This document shows, in pieces, positions 21,701-29,472 of a stretch of 64,000 nt of DNA. The DNA comes from Candidatus Latescibacterota bacterium (lineage in GTDB: Bacteria > Latescibacterota > UBA2968): NCBI GenBank assembly GCA_965208125.1, contig OZ242320.1:224001-288000 (forward strand). Direction: 5' to 3'. The notes under the pieces were generated by a model, which made no database searches, had not been told where the DNA came from, and worked only from the letters and a program-made list of their open reading frames with translations. The position numbers and the translations under genes were made by a program. The number at the start of each line of letters is the position of its first letter. The first letter of the stretch is position 1.

Positions 21701-22658
21701 CATCACCCATTAAAGAATAACTCAACTTGTCATCATTGGGATCATAGGCTCTTACAGGCGGATCAATTTCCAGTATGATAGACGGGTCTAAAGTAGATGG
21801 ATCTAAAGTAAAAGAGAGAACAACAGAATTTTTTGGAAACACCGGTGGCATATCCATATTTGTCACCGGCTCAACAGAGATATGAAAATAGGACATATAA
21901 TACTCCTCGCCATCAATCACATCTATTTCTATCCTGAAAACGCCCGCCTTCTCTGGGATTCCGACGACCGTCATCATGGTCTTACCCGTCGAAGAATCAT
22001 AGTGAAAGTTGACCATACGTATGCCGCGTGGAAAATTTGCAATACCTATCTGATCATAATGTGGCGTGCCACCAGATACAGTAACAAGGACATCTGGCAT
22101 GGCAGTACCGAATGCGAATTTCAACGTATCAGACACTGTTAAAATTCTTCCCGACTCTTTTACTGCTATTTCTATTTGAACAGAAGACACATCGTCAACG
22201 CCATCTGTTTGTTGACTTTTTGCTAACTCTTGCCCAGATGCGATATTTTCATCTACCAAAAACTTCACAGGATGCGTCGGGGGAGAGGCTAATGTATGGT
22301 TCACCACTTTGCCATAGTTGTTCGCAAAGATTAGAAAATCAGCAATATCAACTATACCATTGCCATCAATGTCGTATTTCGCATCGTATTTTTCATCCTC
22401 ATCCCGGGTCCCAAAGTGGTTAACAAATGCTCGAAAGTCAGGTGAATCGACAACCCCATTTCCATTAAAATCTAAAGAAGTTACCATCGCAGTTTGCAAT
22501 TCTACATTTAGTATTTCACTGTCAACCTGTCCATTCCTGCCAGGTTCAGCACGCACCAACCGAATCAAAAAAAGAGGCCATGAGAAAATCAGCAGAGTGA
22601 TGAATATGAGTGCAAAAATCAAGGCAGGTACTGAACACCTGTTAAGCAGCTTTGGCAT
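12783..22658 (-). CDS. Giant secreted multidomain protein: dockerin-like pair, cadherin/FN3 repeats, GH5 catalytic domain, CBM-like domain, LRR blocks, Ig-like domain
   Basis: Hydrophobic N-terminus; DFNGNGVVD..YDIDGNGIVD; alternating cadherin (ATDADxDD, PNYE) and FN3 (W..P, Y.IQVRA) units; RGVN, ILDNH, YEVFNEP, WCGEFG (GH5); LxxLxLxxNxLxxLP LRRs. Start MPKLL chosen on the GAGGAG SD. Confidence 0.88.
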   Translation of the reverse strand: MPKLLNRCSVPALIFALIFITLLIFSWPLFLIRLVRAEPGRNGQVDSEILNVELQTAMVTSLDFNGNGVVDSPDFRAFVNHFGTRDEDEKYDAKYDIDGNGIVDIADFLIFANNYGKVVNHTLASPPTHPVKFLVDENIASGQELAKSQQTDGVDDVSSVQIEIAVKESGRILTVSDTLKFAFGTAMPDVLVTVSGGTPHYDQIGIANFPRGIRMVNFHYDSSTGKTMMTVVGIPEKAGVFRIEIDVIDGEEYYMSYFHISVEPVTNMDMPPVFPKNSVVLSFTLDPSTLDPSIILEIDPPVRAYDPNDDKLSYSLMGDDASNFTVNWFGHIKTKAGAVFNKEVYTFTIVVDDSNGGVATAEVTINIIHPLTPDKPIFARVKPIGTVFVEITWRAPPANDYVIIGYEIRYRKVDEDYNTIIPVNFTRSDMSYTVVGLERSTTYEFQVRTVFEGGKSNWSPAIRANTGHNTPPVFTSVSAVTFNENSTTDIVTVTATDANADDNITGYHIVEGADGAQFDLNDQTGVLSFKMAPNYEAPADVAFKDVSNSTNNNAGENNEYIVVVEVKSGTGARELTGRDTITVTVEDVKEAPGAPDAPTVAEATVNSLKVQWSAPDNTGPDISAYDIRYILTNASDKADDKWTVVEAVWTSNNGDDLEYTIGSLEQNTSYDIQVRAGSDEGIGGWSSSGVGMTEANVAPVFASISAISVSENSTADVITVSATDADEDDDIERYGIVDDADGAQFSIGASTGVLTFKTAPNYEDPKDVTFTDANDSANDNAANNNEYIVIVTTTGGEDARALTSRDTITVTVTDETEVPGTPAAPTIAQATFNSLKIEWVAPTNMGPTISAYDVRHILTSEDETDDANWTEVEDAWETGDDALEYPVGNLSQDTGYDIQVRAESDEGTSDWSSSVSGTTRANVAPVIATISPISVAENSTGALVTVTASDADDDDSITGYEIVDAADGEQFALTEQSGVLTFKAAPNYEDPKDVAVADPSNAASNNEYIVVVEVKSGTGDRELMVRDTLTVTVSDVNEAPGVPDAPTVASSTFNSLTVEWEAPTNTGPAISAYDVRHILTSEDETDDANWTVKEEAWKSGDGNLEYLIGGLSQNTSYDIQVRAESDEGTSDWSSSVSGTTSANVTPVIATISPISMAENSTGALVTVSATDADEGDDIESYGIASGADGELFSIGASTGVLTFKASPNYEDPKDVAVSDPANDASNNEYIVYVTATGGTGARALTARDTLTITVSDVTEVPGKPATPTIAEVTFNSLIVEWTAPANTGPAISAYDVRYILSSVSATDKEDDSKWTVVEEVWTSNNGDDLEYTIGSLEQNTSYDIQVRAGSDEGTGGWSSSGVGMTEANVAPVITSTSAFSINENSTTDIVTVSATDADSDDDIEGYSIVEGADGSQFEIDDQTGVLTFKVAPNYEEPKDVAVTDPSNAANNNEYIVFVEVTSGENARALTAGDTLKVMVGDEAEPPGKPDAPTIAATTFNSLKVSWEVPTNTGPAISAYDVRHILSSAPDKVDANWTVATDAWETDDGDLTYTIGSLSPNTSYEVQVRAESDEGISDWSDSVSGTTLVTVPGAPTDLIATSGFLVTLSWIAPADEGGSPITRYEYRASDDDGTTWDPNWTTTGGTATTYTVGDLTFDTEYTFEVRAVNVVGNSLVSNQATATPKRRLPPFSRGVNLTVFMQRPRTHPFITYDRQTFVNVKTLGCDVVRLPFVPLTSGEPSHIIDPLFFTYLDQIVDWAEELGLYIILDNHTNHKLAAEETDQNNRSDTREYLVQVWPQIAERYKNRSKLVLYEVFNEPNIQPSIWNPIQQAVIDTIRAHDNTHTIVVTGGKFHSGALRTLPEYTDDNLIYTFHIYNPGEFTHQGAGWIDRFKDLRGVPWPYDASRMPDPVPEILEDYHTKGTLEKLQNGLKNAVDFAEDRNVPVWCGEFGVYGPYAPPDDRAAWIREARTYMEDNNIAWTLWEYGVGGFKIFENEGDDHFDYNLDISIVEALGLNVSPQLEWVTVSKQAGFEIYTDGLNSLGEGISGKLYSRGWLTFDDDTEAVVGNKSIYWSGAKKGDIVRFDFTPNFDLSLLADDYVFEFWVWGDTPGTEFRVRFDMDSNRGYRVNEENIGITSWDSQWHQVSIPLSRLGRSNATWEDVDGIIFTTTEDFGDTIFRLDDIKISSNVAPVIAPISPITVAENSTSDLVTVSATDDDMGDDIERYGIESGADGSQFSIGGSTGVLTFKVAPNYEAPADVAVTDPANAAGNNEYIVFVSATSGMGGRALTARDTLTVTLTDVDGEAPGVPDAPTVASSTFNSLTVEWEAPTNTGPAISAYDVRHILTSDDETDDANWTVAEDAWESGDGALEYTISSLSQDTSYDVQVRAENDEGTSGWSDTVVGMTEIAPEICTRTAAVQTEILSAIAGITDCALVTNMHLTGITEILDLSNQNITALLANDFTGLSNLQNLWLYENDLRTLPADVFTDLSSLQTLSLYRNKFRILPTNVFTGLSSLQTLNLDGNRLNNLDANLFADLSSLQTLSLYDNRLTNLPMGVFSDLSSLQTLSLYDNRLTNLPMGVFSDLSSLQTLNLDNNRLTNLPIGVFSGLSSLQTLSLNSNLLSAALPDDAFSDLSSLRFLSLDGNELGTLPDRAFSGLSSLQTLNLSGNTLSALPDSAFFDLSSLQILNLTGNLLSVLPDSMFYGLSSLRKLDVSGNTGAPFTLTLELKRIDNADLTVQGPATVVVSIAQGAPFDMTVELSAIDGTLTNGNGSAITEATISKGNIQSESITVTQSGTSPTRIHIDEAPEVPGGYEGIRIVSGTPLVLFGKTEPEVVGAIAAQTLDVGGGAVVVDVKDSFSDVDGDILSYSATSNMPGIASVSVTGSEVMITPVSAGSATVTVTASDQTNSATQEIDVRVKNTAPVVDKGLTDQIALSGNAFTYTFPADAFSDADSDVLTYTSSGQPAWLTFTSSSRTFSGTPSNTDGSPFTIIVTADDGKGSQVQTSFTLTIPIGICSRTSQVQTAILSVIDGINNCAHVTEEHLVGIVDSLDFRSRSITTLLASDFSDLPNLRILNFYDNDLTSLPSGVFSGLSNLRFVSLYDNELTALPADVFNGLSNLRFVSLDSNSVSTLPSGVFSGLANLETLSLNGNTLSALPDSIFFGLSSLSHLDVSGNTGAPFSLTLILERTDNTDLTAQGPATVVVKVAQGAPFDMTVELSATDGTLTDENGNAITEVTISKGNIQSEPITVTQSGTTSTTVSLGTAPSLPMNYVGIQIAVGTSLILFGQ
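14815..15050. repeat. 72-bp tandem repeats encoding 24-aa LRRs
   Basis: GCAGACTGGACAG recurs at 14819, 14891, 14963 and 15035; the central two units are almost identical. Confidence 0.9.
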
Positions 22659-22699
22659 ATTACATCTCCTCAAGATAGATATCATTCTATCTGAAGTGA

Positions 22700-22716
22700 T
22701 GCAATATGTGTGCCAA
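22700..22716 (-). promoter_or_regulatory. Sigma-54 -24/-12 promoter P3
   Basis: Minus strand TTGGCACACATATTGCA. Confidence 0.85.
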
Positions 22717-22742
22717 CATGACTTTCTCTAAATTATTTTATA

Positions 22743-22919
22743 CATAAAGTATTATTCTTAAATAATATATAATTATTTTATAAATAGAGAAGCCAGACGG
22801 AATTTTACATTATCAGACGGTATATCGTCTAATGATATAATCAGACTGGCCCTTATATTATTTATTAATATATATTTAAAAGAAAGTTTATTTATCGCCT
22901 AAAGGTCGTTAAATAGCCC
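22743..22919. promoter_or_regulatory. Enhancer cassette for P3
   Basis: CATAAAGTATTATT 22743; dyads AGACGGTATATCGTCT 22815, AGTTTATTTATCGCCT 22885, GGTCGTTAAATAGCCC 22904. Confidence 0.7.
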
Positions 22920-23942
22920 CTATGCGAGACGTTTGATGCCCAATTTTTTCATTTTGCTGTATAAAGTAGAAGGCGGTAATCCCAGCAGAATCGCCGCCCC
23001 CTCTACTCCCTTTATTTTCCAGTTGGTGGCTTCAAGCACTTTGAGGATATAGCGACGTTCAAATTCTTCCAAAGGTACAATTTCGCGTCCTTGGGGATCT
23101 GGTAAGATAACCCTTATAAGTTCGAGATCCTCTTCTTTGATTCGAGAACCTTCGCACATGATTACAGCCCGCTGGATGGTATGCTTCAATTCTCGCACAT
23201 TTCCAGGCCAATGATAGACTTGCAACGCATCTATCACCTCTGGTGTTAGGGAACTGATTTCCTTACCCAAATGCGCCGCCATGCGATCCTTGAAAAACTC
23301 GGCTAACTCTGGTATATCCTCTTTGCGCTCCCGAAGAGGCGGCAAATAGAGCGGAAAAACATAAATGCGGTAATAGAGATCCTCACGGAAATCACCTGCG
23401 CGGACCATCTCCTCAAGGTTGTGATTGGTCGCGGTCACAATGCGCGTCTGCGCCCTCAGCGTCTGGTTTCCTCCAACGCGCTCAAACGTGTCCTCTTCCA
23501 GCAATCGCAACAACTTGGCCTGTGTTTCCAGAGCCATGTCGCCAATTTCATCTAAAAAAAGTGTGCCGCCTTTGGCCAGTTCCACCTTGCCCAGCCTGCG
23601 GGAAACTGCGCTGGTAAAGGCTCCCTTCTCGTGACCAAAGAGTTCACTATCGATCAACGTATGGGACAGGGCACCGCAGTTGACCTGTATAAAAGGGCCA
23701 TCGCTATTTGAACTCAGCGCGTGTAGTGCCAATGCAGCCAACCCCTTACCCACACCTGTTTCGCCCAGGATCAGCACCGTCATATTGGTGGATGCAATCT
23801 TTCTGAGTTTGACTTGAAACTGTTGCAAAGCCTCGCTTTGACCGACAAACTCATTGTCATCCCCATCAGTACTTTTGAACGAATTAGACTGCACACTTGC
23901 CCCCTCTGTATTCTTTGCTCTTACCTGCTCATCGTCTTCCAT
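22920..23942 (-). CDS. Sensor-less sigma-54 activator (bEBP-B): AAA+ and HTH only
   Basis: [35 protein letters not shown] and HTH; only ~30 aa precede the AAA+ domain. Confidence 0.88.
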   Translation of the reverse strand: MEDDEQVRAKNTEGASVQSNSFKSTDGDDNEFVGQSEALQQFQVKLRKIASTNMTVLILGETGVGKGLAALALHALSSNSDGPFIQVNCGALSHTLIDSELFGHEKGAFTSAVSRRLGKVELAKGGTLFLDEIGDMALETQAKLLRLLEEDTFERVGGNQTLRAQTRIVTATNHNLEEMVRAGDFREDLYYRIYVFPLYLPPLRERKEDIPELAEFFKDRMAAHLGKEISSLTPEVIDALQVYHWPGNVRELKHTIQRAVIMCEGSRIKEEDLELIRVILPDPQGREIVPLEEFERRYILKVLEATNWKIKGVEGAAILLGLPPSTLYSKMKKLGIKRLA

Positions 23943-24040
23943 AGATCTATCTTTTGAAACTCTGGCTTATGACACTTAAAACACTGCTGAGCCAAAATGA
24001 TATATGTCCTGATAATTATTACAAATTTGCTTTTCAGAAC

Positions 24041-24057
24041 TGCAAGATACGTGCCAA
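24041..24057 (-). promoter_or_regulatory. Sigma-54 -24/-12 promoter P2
   Basis: Minus strand TTGGCACGTATCTTGCA. Confidence 0.85.
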
Positions 24058-24083
24058 CGTAAATTGTGCTAAATCATTATATG

Positions 24084-24271
24084 CATAAAGTATTATTTTT
24101 ATTTGAGATAAAAATTTAAAAACAAAAAAGAGCCAGACCGATTTTTATGCCATTAGACGATATATAGTCCAATGATATAATCAGACTGGCTCGTAATTTT
24201 AGGTAATTTTACTTATTATCAAAACTTTACGACAAATGGATTAAATATAGTCCCTGGACTATATTTAATCT
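24084..24271. promoter_or_regulatory. Enhancer cassette for P2
   Basis: CATAAAGTATTATT 24084; dyads AGACGATATATAGTCC 24155, GGATTAAATATAGTCC 24238, GGACTATATTTAATCT 24256. The last two form a perfect 15-bp inverted repeat at 24239-24270. Confidence 0.7.
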
Positions 24272-24334
24272 TTATTATAGACATTTTTTACATGTCTTTT
24301 AAGACGGCATATCTAAAAATAATCAAACTAATCC

Positions 24335-27300
24335 TTACAAACCAGGACGTTCAATACCCAACTTTTTCATTTTGCTGTACAGAGTAGAAGGCGGTAATCC
24401 CAGCAGAATCGCCGCACCCTTTGCTCCTTTTACCCGCCAGTTGGTGTCTTGAAGCACTTCAATGAGGTATCGGCGTTCAAATTCCTCCAAAGGCACGACT
24501 TTGGGATCTTGAGAAACTGGCGACGCATTATCTTCTATATGAGAACCATATAGTCCGAGATCTCGCACATCAATTTGAGAACCGCGGCACACGATAACCG
24601 CTCGTTGTATGATATGCTCCAGTTCCCGCACATTTCCTGGCCAATAGTAGGTTTGCAATCCCTCTATAACATCTGGCGTCAAGGCACCGACTTGCTTTCC
24701 CAGATGTGTAGCTATGCGAGTCTTGAAAAATTCGGCCAGACGCGGTATATCCTCCTTGCGCTCGCGCAGGGGGGGGAGAATAATTGGAAAAACCTGGAAA
24801 CGATAATACAGATCCTCGCGGAAAGTACCTGCACTGACCATCTCCTGCAGGTCGCGATTGGTCGCTGCCACAATCCGCGCCTGCACCCTCAGTATCTCGT
24901 TACCCCCAACGCGCTCAAAAGTACGCTCTTCCAGCAAACGCAACATCCTGGTCTGCGTTTTCGGAGCCATATCACCAATCTCATCCAAAAAGAGCGTGCC
25001 GCCCTTAGCCAATTCCACCTTGCCCAGCTTGCGAGACACTGCGCTGGTAAACGCCCCCTTCTCATGACCAAAAAGTTCACTATCGATCAGCGTTTCAGGC
25101 AATGCACCGCAGTTGACCTGTATAAAAGGACCATCGCAATGGGGACTCAGCGCGTGTAGCACCCGCGCAGCCAATCCCTTACCCACACCTGTCTCGCCCA
25201 GAATCAGCACAGTTATATCAGTAGATGCCACCTCCATGAGTTTGATTTGAAACTGGTGCATAGCTTTGCTCTGCCCGATAAACTCTTTGCCAACACCATC
25301 TGTGCTGTTGAGCGCGGAGGTCAGCGCGCTGATGCGCGGATCCCTCTCTACGGAGAGTTGCACCTGCGTCATCTCTGAGTAATTGAGGTCGCGATCTACA
25401 GCCCTGACCTGAAAGGTATAGTCTCCCGGTGGCAGGTCCCGATAATAGACCCGCATCTCTCGGATCGCTGGCTGCCAGTCGTGGTCATAGCCCTTCAAAC
25501 GATAGACATAGAGCATGTCGCGGGGATGAGTGGAAAAACTCAGGCCTTTATACTCGAAAATCACACTCTGCTCTGTCGTAGATAGGACTCTTTCCTCTAA
25601 GTTCTCATAGACCTTATCCGCGACGACCTGGAGCAGGCGAACCGCGGGGGGCGTCTGTCGTGGGCGGTAGCGTATTATGGCCTCCCCGGCAGTGCCGAAC
25701 CAGAAATTTCCGTCGTGATCTTCAAGTATTTGAAGAACCGATCCTATATGCGGTGACTTGATGGTCTGAAAAAGCTGACCATCGTAGTGAGCTACCCCCC
25801 CGTCCATGCCGAGCCAGAGATGTCCTCGCGAATCCTCAAATAAGCAATGGATGCGGTTGCACGGCAAGCCATCTTCGGTGGTAAAGTTGCGAAAAACAAC
25901 ACCATCAAAGCAACTGAGACCTCTTTGAGTGGCGATCCACAAATTGCCGTGTCGGTCTTCTAATAAGTCGGTAATCCGGTTATCTAACAACCCATCTGCA
26001 ACAGTATAAAAAGAAATACCGTCTTCTATGTGCCACCGCCCGATACCCTTGCCACTGTCGAAGGGATTGTAGGTGCTCACACTAAACCAGAATTCACGGT
26101 CGCGCCTGGCGACCAGAGCACTAATATAGTTGAATTGCTCTTCTTTCTTCTCAAAAACGGTTTGGGACTGCCCATCCCGGTAGTAAACGATCTGCAGTGG
26201 TCTGGCAAACATCTCTTCTGTTTTTTTTCTAAGACCATTTTCCCACTGTCCAAAAATAAGTTGCCCATCCCGGCCCTCGGCGATTGCGCTGACACCCACT
26301 TCACCAGTACCTACGGCAATGTCCATTTTTTGAAAGGCCTGCCCATCGTAGCGGAACAGACCGTTATCCCCTCCAAACCACAGGTGTCCATCGCGGTCCT
26401 CGTAGATGGCGGAACAACTATTGAGATCAAGACCCTGTTTTGCTCCAACAAATTCAAAGTGCTCGCCATCAAAGCGCGCCAGGCTTTTGGTTGCGGGGCC
26501 CAGAAAAGGCTCGGAAAATCCGAGCCATATATCTCCCTGTCGATCCTGCAACATCCGTGATATTCTACTATCATCTTCGGGAAAATTCGCACCAAAATCG
26601 AAAATACTGATACCATGCGCATCGTATAGTCCTAAACCGCCGCCCCATGTGGCGAACCAGAACTGATACTCGCGATCCTGAAATACGGCGTTGACAACGG
26701 GATGGGGCAGACCATCGACAAGGGTAAACCTGCCGAATCCATCACCATTCCAGTAGAGGACCCCTGTCGAGGTACAGAACCACATCCGACCTTCGCGGTC
26801 ACACTGAATTTTGCGTAACTCACCACCCAAATTCACCTCAACAGACTGAAAGGTGCCATCGGCATAGCACCACAGTCCATCTCTGCGCTGCGATCGACCA
26901 ATCCACACCTTGCCAGTATGATCCTTGCCCACAGTATAGCTACTCTGGTCTGGGGGAAAACCCTCCTCCTCTTCGTAGCGGTGAAAGGATGCGCCATCAA
27001 AGCGGATGAGATAATTAAATCCAAACCACAGGTGACCTTCCGCATCCTGGGTAATACCCCAACACTGGTTAGACCACCCAGGAGAAGGCGGCTCCTGGTA
27101 GTGCTGTAGATAGAGTGGAATCAGGTCGTGGAAAGCTGTACCATCGTAATATCCCAGGGTACTGATACCGCCAAACCATATACGGCCCTTATTATCTTCG
27201 TAGATGAATAACACGGACCGACCTGCGATCCCATCGTCCTCCAAATGATGGAAAACCACTCCATCGTACCAGCAGACCCCATTCATAGTACCGAACCATA

Positions 27301-27532
27301 GCCGATCCTGACTATCCAAATGGATGGCAAAAACTCGATCGCTACACAAACCATCCTGTTCGGTAAACGTCTCGAACTTGTCCCCATCAAAGCGGCTGAC
27401 ACCACTATCCCAGGTAGCAATCCAGAGACACCCCTCGCTATCTTCGGCGATATGTTCGGTACGCACCCCAGCCAGACCATTGGCAAGAGAATAAGCCCGC
27501 CAGATGCCCTTTCTGTCGAGTGACTCAATCAT
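24335..27532 (-). CDS. Sigma-54 activator (bEBP-A): Reg_prop beta-propellers, Y_Y_Y, AAA+, HTH; paralogue of 4426..7617
   Basis: Colinear and highly similar to 4426..7617 over its full length, with the same motifs. Confidence 0.92.
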   Translation of the reverse strand: MIESLDRKGIWRAYSLANGLAGVRTEHIAEDSEGCLWIATWDSGVSRFDGDKFETFTEQDGLCSDRVFAIHLDSQDRLWFGTMNGVCWYDGVVFHHLEDDGIAGRSVLFIYEDNKGRIWFGGISTLGYYDGTAFHDLIPLYLQHYQEPPSPGWSNQCWGITQDAEGHLWFGFNYLIRFDGASFHRYEEEEGFPPDQSSYTVGKDHTGKVWIGRSQRRDGLWCYADGTFQSVEVNLGGELRKIQCDREGRMWFCTSTGVLYWNGDGFGRFTLVDGLPHPVVNAVFQDREYQFWFATWGGGLGLYDAHGISIFDFGANFPEDDSRISRMLQDRQGDIWLGFSEPFLGPATKSLARFDGEHFEFVGAKQGLDLNSCSAIYEDRDGHLWFGGDNGLFRYDGQAFQKMDIAVGTGEVGVSAIAEGRDGQLIFGQWENGLRKKTEEMFARPLQIVYYRDGQSQTVFEKKEEQFNYISALVARRDREFWFSVSTYNPFDSGKGIGRWHIEDGISFYTVADGLLDNRITDLLEDRHGNLWIATQRGLSCFDGVVFRNFTTEDGLPCNRIHCLFEDSRGHLWLGMDGGVAHYDGQLFQTIKSPHIGSVLQILEDHDGNFWFGTAGEAIIRYRPRQTPPAVRLLQVVADKVYENLEERVLSTTEQSVIFEYKGLSFSTHPRDMLYVYRLKGYDHDWQPAIREMRVYYRDLPPGDYTFQVRAVDRDLNYSEMTQVQLSVERDPRISALTSALNSTDGVGKEFIGQSKAMHQFQIKLMEVASTDITVLILGETGVGKGLAARVLHALSPHCDGPFIQVNCGALPETLIDSELFGHEKGAFTSAVSRKLGKVELAKGGTLFLDEIGDMAPKTQTRMLRLLEERTFERVGGNEILRVQARIVAATNRDLQEMVSAGTFREDLYYRFQVFPIILPPLRERKEDIPRLAEFFKTRIATHLGKQVGALTPDVIEGLQTYYWPGNVRELEHIIQRAVIVCRGSQIDVRDLGLYGSHIEDNASPVSQDPKVVPLEEFERRYLIEVLQDTNWRVKGAKGAAILLGLPPSTLYSKMKKLGIERPGL

Positions 27533-27700
27533 GGTTAAGAAACCTCATGATATGGGTGAAAAAAACTCTACTCCTCCCTCAAAATATCATGCTACATCCC
27601 AGCCAATCTTCTTTTGAATCAGTAATTCTAATTACTTTTGACGCTTTACCGCTTCAATAGTTCGGATCCTTAAAGAAAATATCAATTCTGTTTGAAAAGA

Positions 27701-27717
27701 CGCAATATGCGTGCCAA
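27701..27717 (-). promoter_or_regulatory. Sigma-54 -24/-12 promoter P1
   Basis: Minus strand TTGGCACGCATATTGCG. Confidence 0.82.
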
Positions 27718-27743
27718 CGTGAATCTCTTGAGGTGATTCTAAT

Positions 27744-27923
27744 CATAAAAGATTATTTTTAATCAAGATATAATTTTTTTTATAAATAAAAAACCAGACT
27801 GTACTATATCTTCATGGACGATAGGTCGTCCATGAAGAGTCAATCTGGCTTCTTTAAATCCTAACTATATGTAGAGTTTTTCAATAAAAGTCTTTATATC
27901 GTCTAAAAGATTATATATCGCCC
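27744..27923. promoter_or_regulatory. Enhancer cassette for P1
   Basis: CATAAAAGATTATT 27744; perfect palindrome TCTTCATGGACGA-TAGG-TCGTCCATGAAGA 27809-27838; dyads AGTCTTTATATCGTCT 27889 and AGATTATATATCGCCC 27908. Confidence 0.7.
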
Positions 27924-28078
27924 TTATTAAAAAATATTTCTGACTCGTTTACGCAACGCCCAGCCGGGATATTTATCCGGGTCGATAAACACTTGTCCCA
28001 GATAGAGAGACCTTCTGGGATCGCGCGTCGCCTCCATCTCTTCGAGAGCAGGGCGCGCTTCATTATTCATATCCATCG

Positions 28079-29365
28079 TCATATCTCCTTTGCCACACAG
28101 GCAACCGCTTCAATTGTCGCATCAATCACATCATCTGTATGCGCTGTCGATAAAAACCACGCCCCTCGCTCCAGCGCGCGCACGCCTTTGTAATGAAGTG
28201 CTTCCGTAAATTTGATATACCGCTCGCGATCCGCTTGAAGCGAACTGCGATAATCAGTAACTGGAGAATCGACGCCAAAACCAACGTGAAAAATCTGCGA
28301 AAAACCAGCAACCCGCGCTTGAATATCGGCCTCTTTCAGTGCGCGCGCAATACCTTCTATAAGCCGATTGCCCCGCGCATTGAGCACGCCAAACGTCTCT
28401 TTTTTGCCCAACTCGGTCAGCGTAGCAATCACTGCGGCCATAGAAGCGGGTTGAGCATTATAAGTACCTCCGTGCATCACACCCGCGCCAAGCATATCCA
28501 TCAAATCGCCCCGCCCGGCCAAACACGAAACCGGAAACCCATTGGCTATCGCCTTGCCAAACGTCGCCAGATCGGGCGTCACCCCAAAGTATTGCTGCGC
28601 GCCGCCAGGTGCCACGCGAAACCCTGTAATCACCTCGTCAAAAATGAGCACCGTTCCCGTATCGGTACACACTTCCCGAACACCTTCCAAATAGCCCTCA
28701 GCGGGAAAAATTGTGCTGGTATTGCACATCGCAGGCTCCATAATAACAGCTGCGACATCCCCGCGTTTCAGGCGCGCACTCAGAAGCTCCAGATTATTCC
28801 AGGGAAGCACCTCAGTATGCTGCCCCACCAACAGGTCTTGCCCTGCACTGGCGGGAATGGGAACGGGCACATCAGCCGGACCATACTGATCGGGTGGAGG
28901 CGCGACAGACCACAGCACATTGTCAAACCACCCGTGATAATGTCCCTCAAATTTGATCACATACAACCGCTCCGTAGCCGCGCGTGCCAGACGCAAAGCC
29001 GCTTGCACCACTTCGCTACCCGTGCAGTTAAACCGCACCCGCTCCGCGCATGGCACCATATCGCAAACCATCCTGGCTGCCTCTTGCTCAATCTCTGTCT
29101 GCCCGGCAAAGAGAATGCCCGACTCGAGCTGTTTCCGAACAGCAGATAGCACGGGTTCCGGATTGTGCCCGAGAATCATCGGCCCCATGCCCAGATAATA
29201 ATCGATCAAACGATTGCCATCCACATCGTAGAGATACGGCCCTTCGCCCCGTTCAAAAACCAGAGGCGTGGGAACCATCCCCAGTCGAAAATTGCTGTTC
29301 ACACCACCCGGTAAATAGCGCGAGGCTTCGGCAATCAGACGTCTGGATTTTTCAAAAGATTTCAT
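28079..29365 (-). CDS. Class III PLP aminotransferase (glutamate-1-semialdehyde aminomutase-like)
   Basis: PGGVNS, DVDGN..IDY, KFEGHYHG, LIFDEVITGFR, TFGKAIANGFP, HGGTYN. Confidence 0.88.
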   Translation of the reverse strand: MKSFEKSRRLIAEASRYLPGGVNSNFRLGMVPTPLVFERGEGPYLYDVDGNRLIDYYLGMGPMILGHNPEPVLSAVRKQLESGILFAGQTEIEQEAARMVCDMVPCAERVRFNCTGSEVVQAALRLARAATERLYVIKFEGHYHGWFDNVLWSVAPPPDQYGPADVPVPIPASAGQDLLVGQHTEVLPWNNLELLSARLKRGDVAAVIMEPAMCNTSTIFPAEGYLEGVREVCTDTGTVLIFDEVITGFRVAPGGAQQYFGVTPDLATFGKAIANGFPVSCLAGRGDLMDMLGAGVMHGGTYNAQPASMAAVIATLTELGKKETFGVLNARGNRLIEGIARALKEADIQARVAGFSQIFHVGFGVDSPVTDYRSSLQADRERYIKFTEALHYKGVRALERGAWFLSTAHTDDVIDATIEAVACVAKEI

Positions 29366-29394
29366 GTAATTCCCAAATTTTTATAGCGATCAAC

Positions 29395-29472
29395 TCATCC
29401 TGTTTATCCTTCAATCCTGAAACCCCTGATCGCTTTCATCCTGTTCATCCTTCAATCCTGAAAATCCTGATC
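29395..29472. repeat. Two 37-bp direct repeats built from ATCCT(G/T) units
   Basis: TCATCCTGTTTATCCTTCAATCCTGAAACCCCTGATC (29395-29431) and TCATCCTGTTCATCCTTCAATCCTGAAAATCCTGATC (29436-29472). Confidence 0.85.

Noticed and set aside
27960-28060. REP-like or ncRNA hairpins downstream of the aminotransferase
   Set aside because: Weak imperfect stems, single occurrence in the window and no diagnostic motif.
28079-29365. Assignment as hemL
   Set aside because: The family is clear, but there are no tetrapyrrole neighbours and several motifs diverge; left as a class III aminotransferase.
29395-29472. Mini-CRISPR (37-bp repeats)
   Set aside because: Only two copies separated by 4 bp; no spacer-sized interval.
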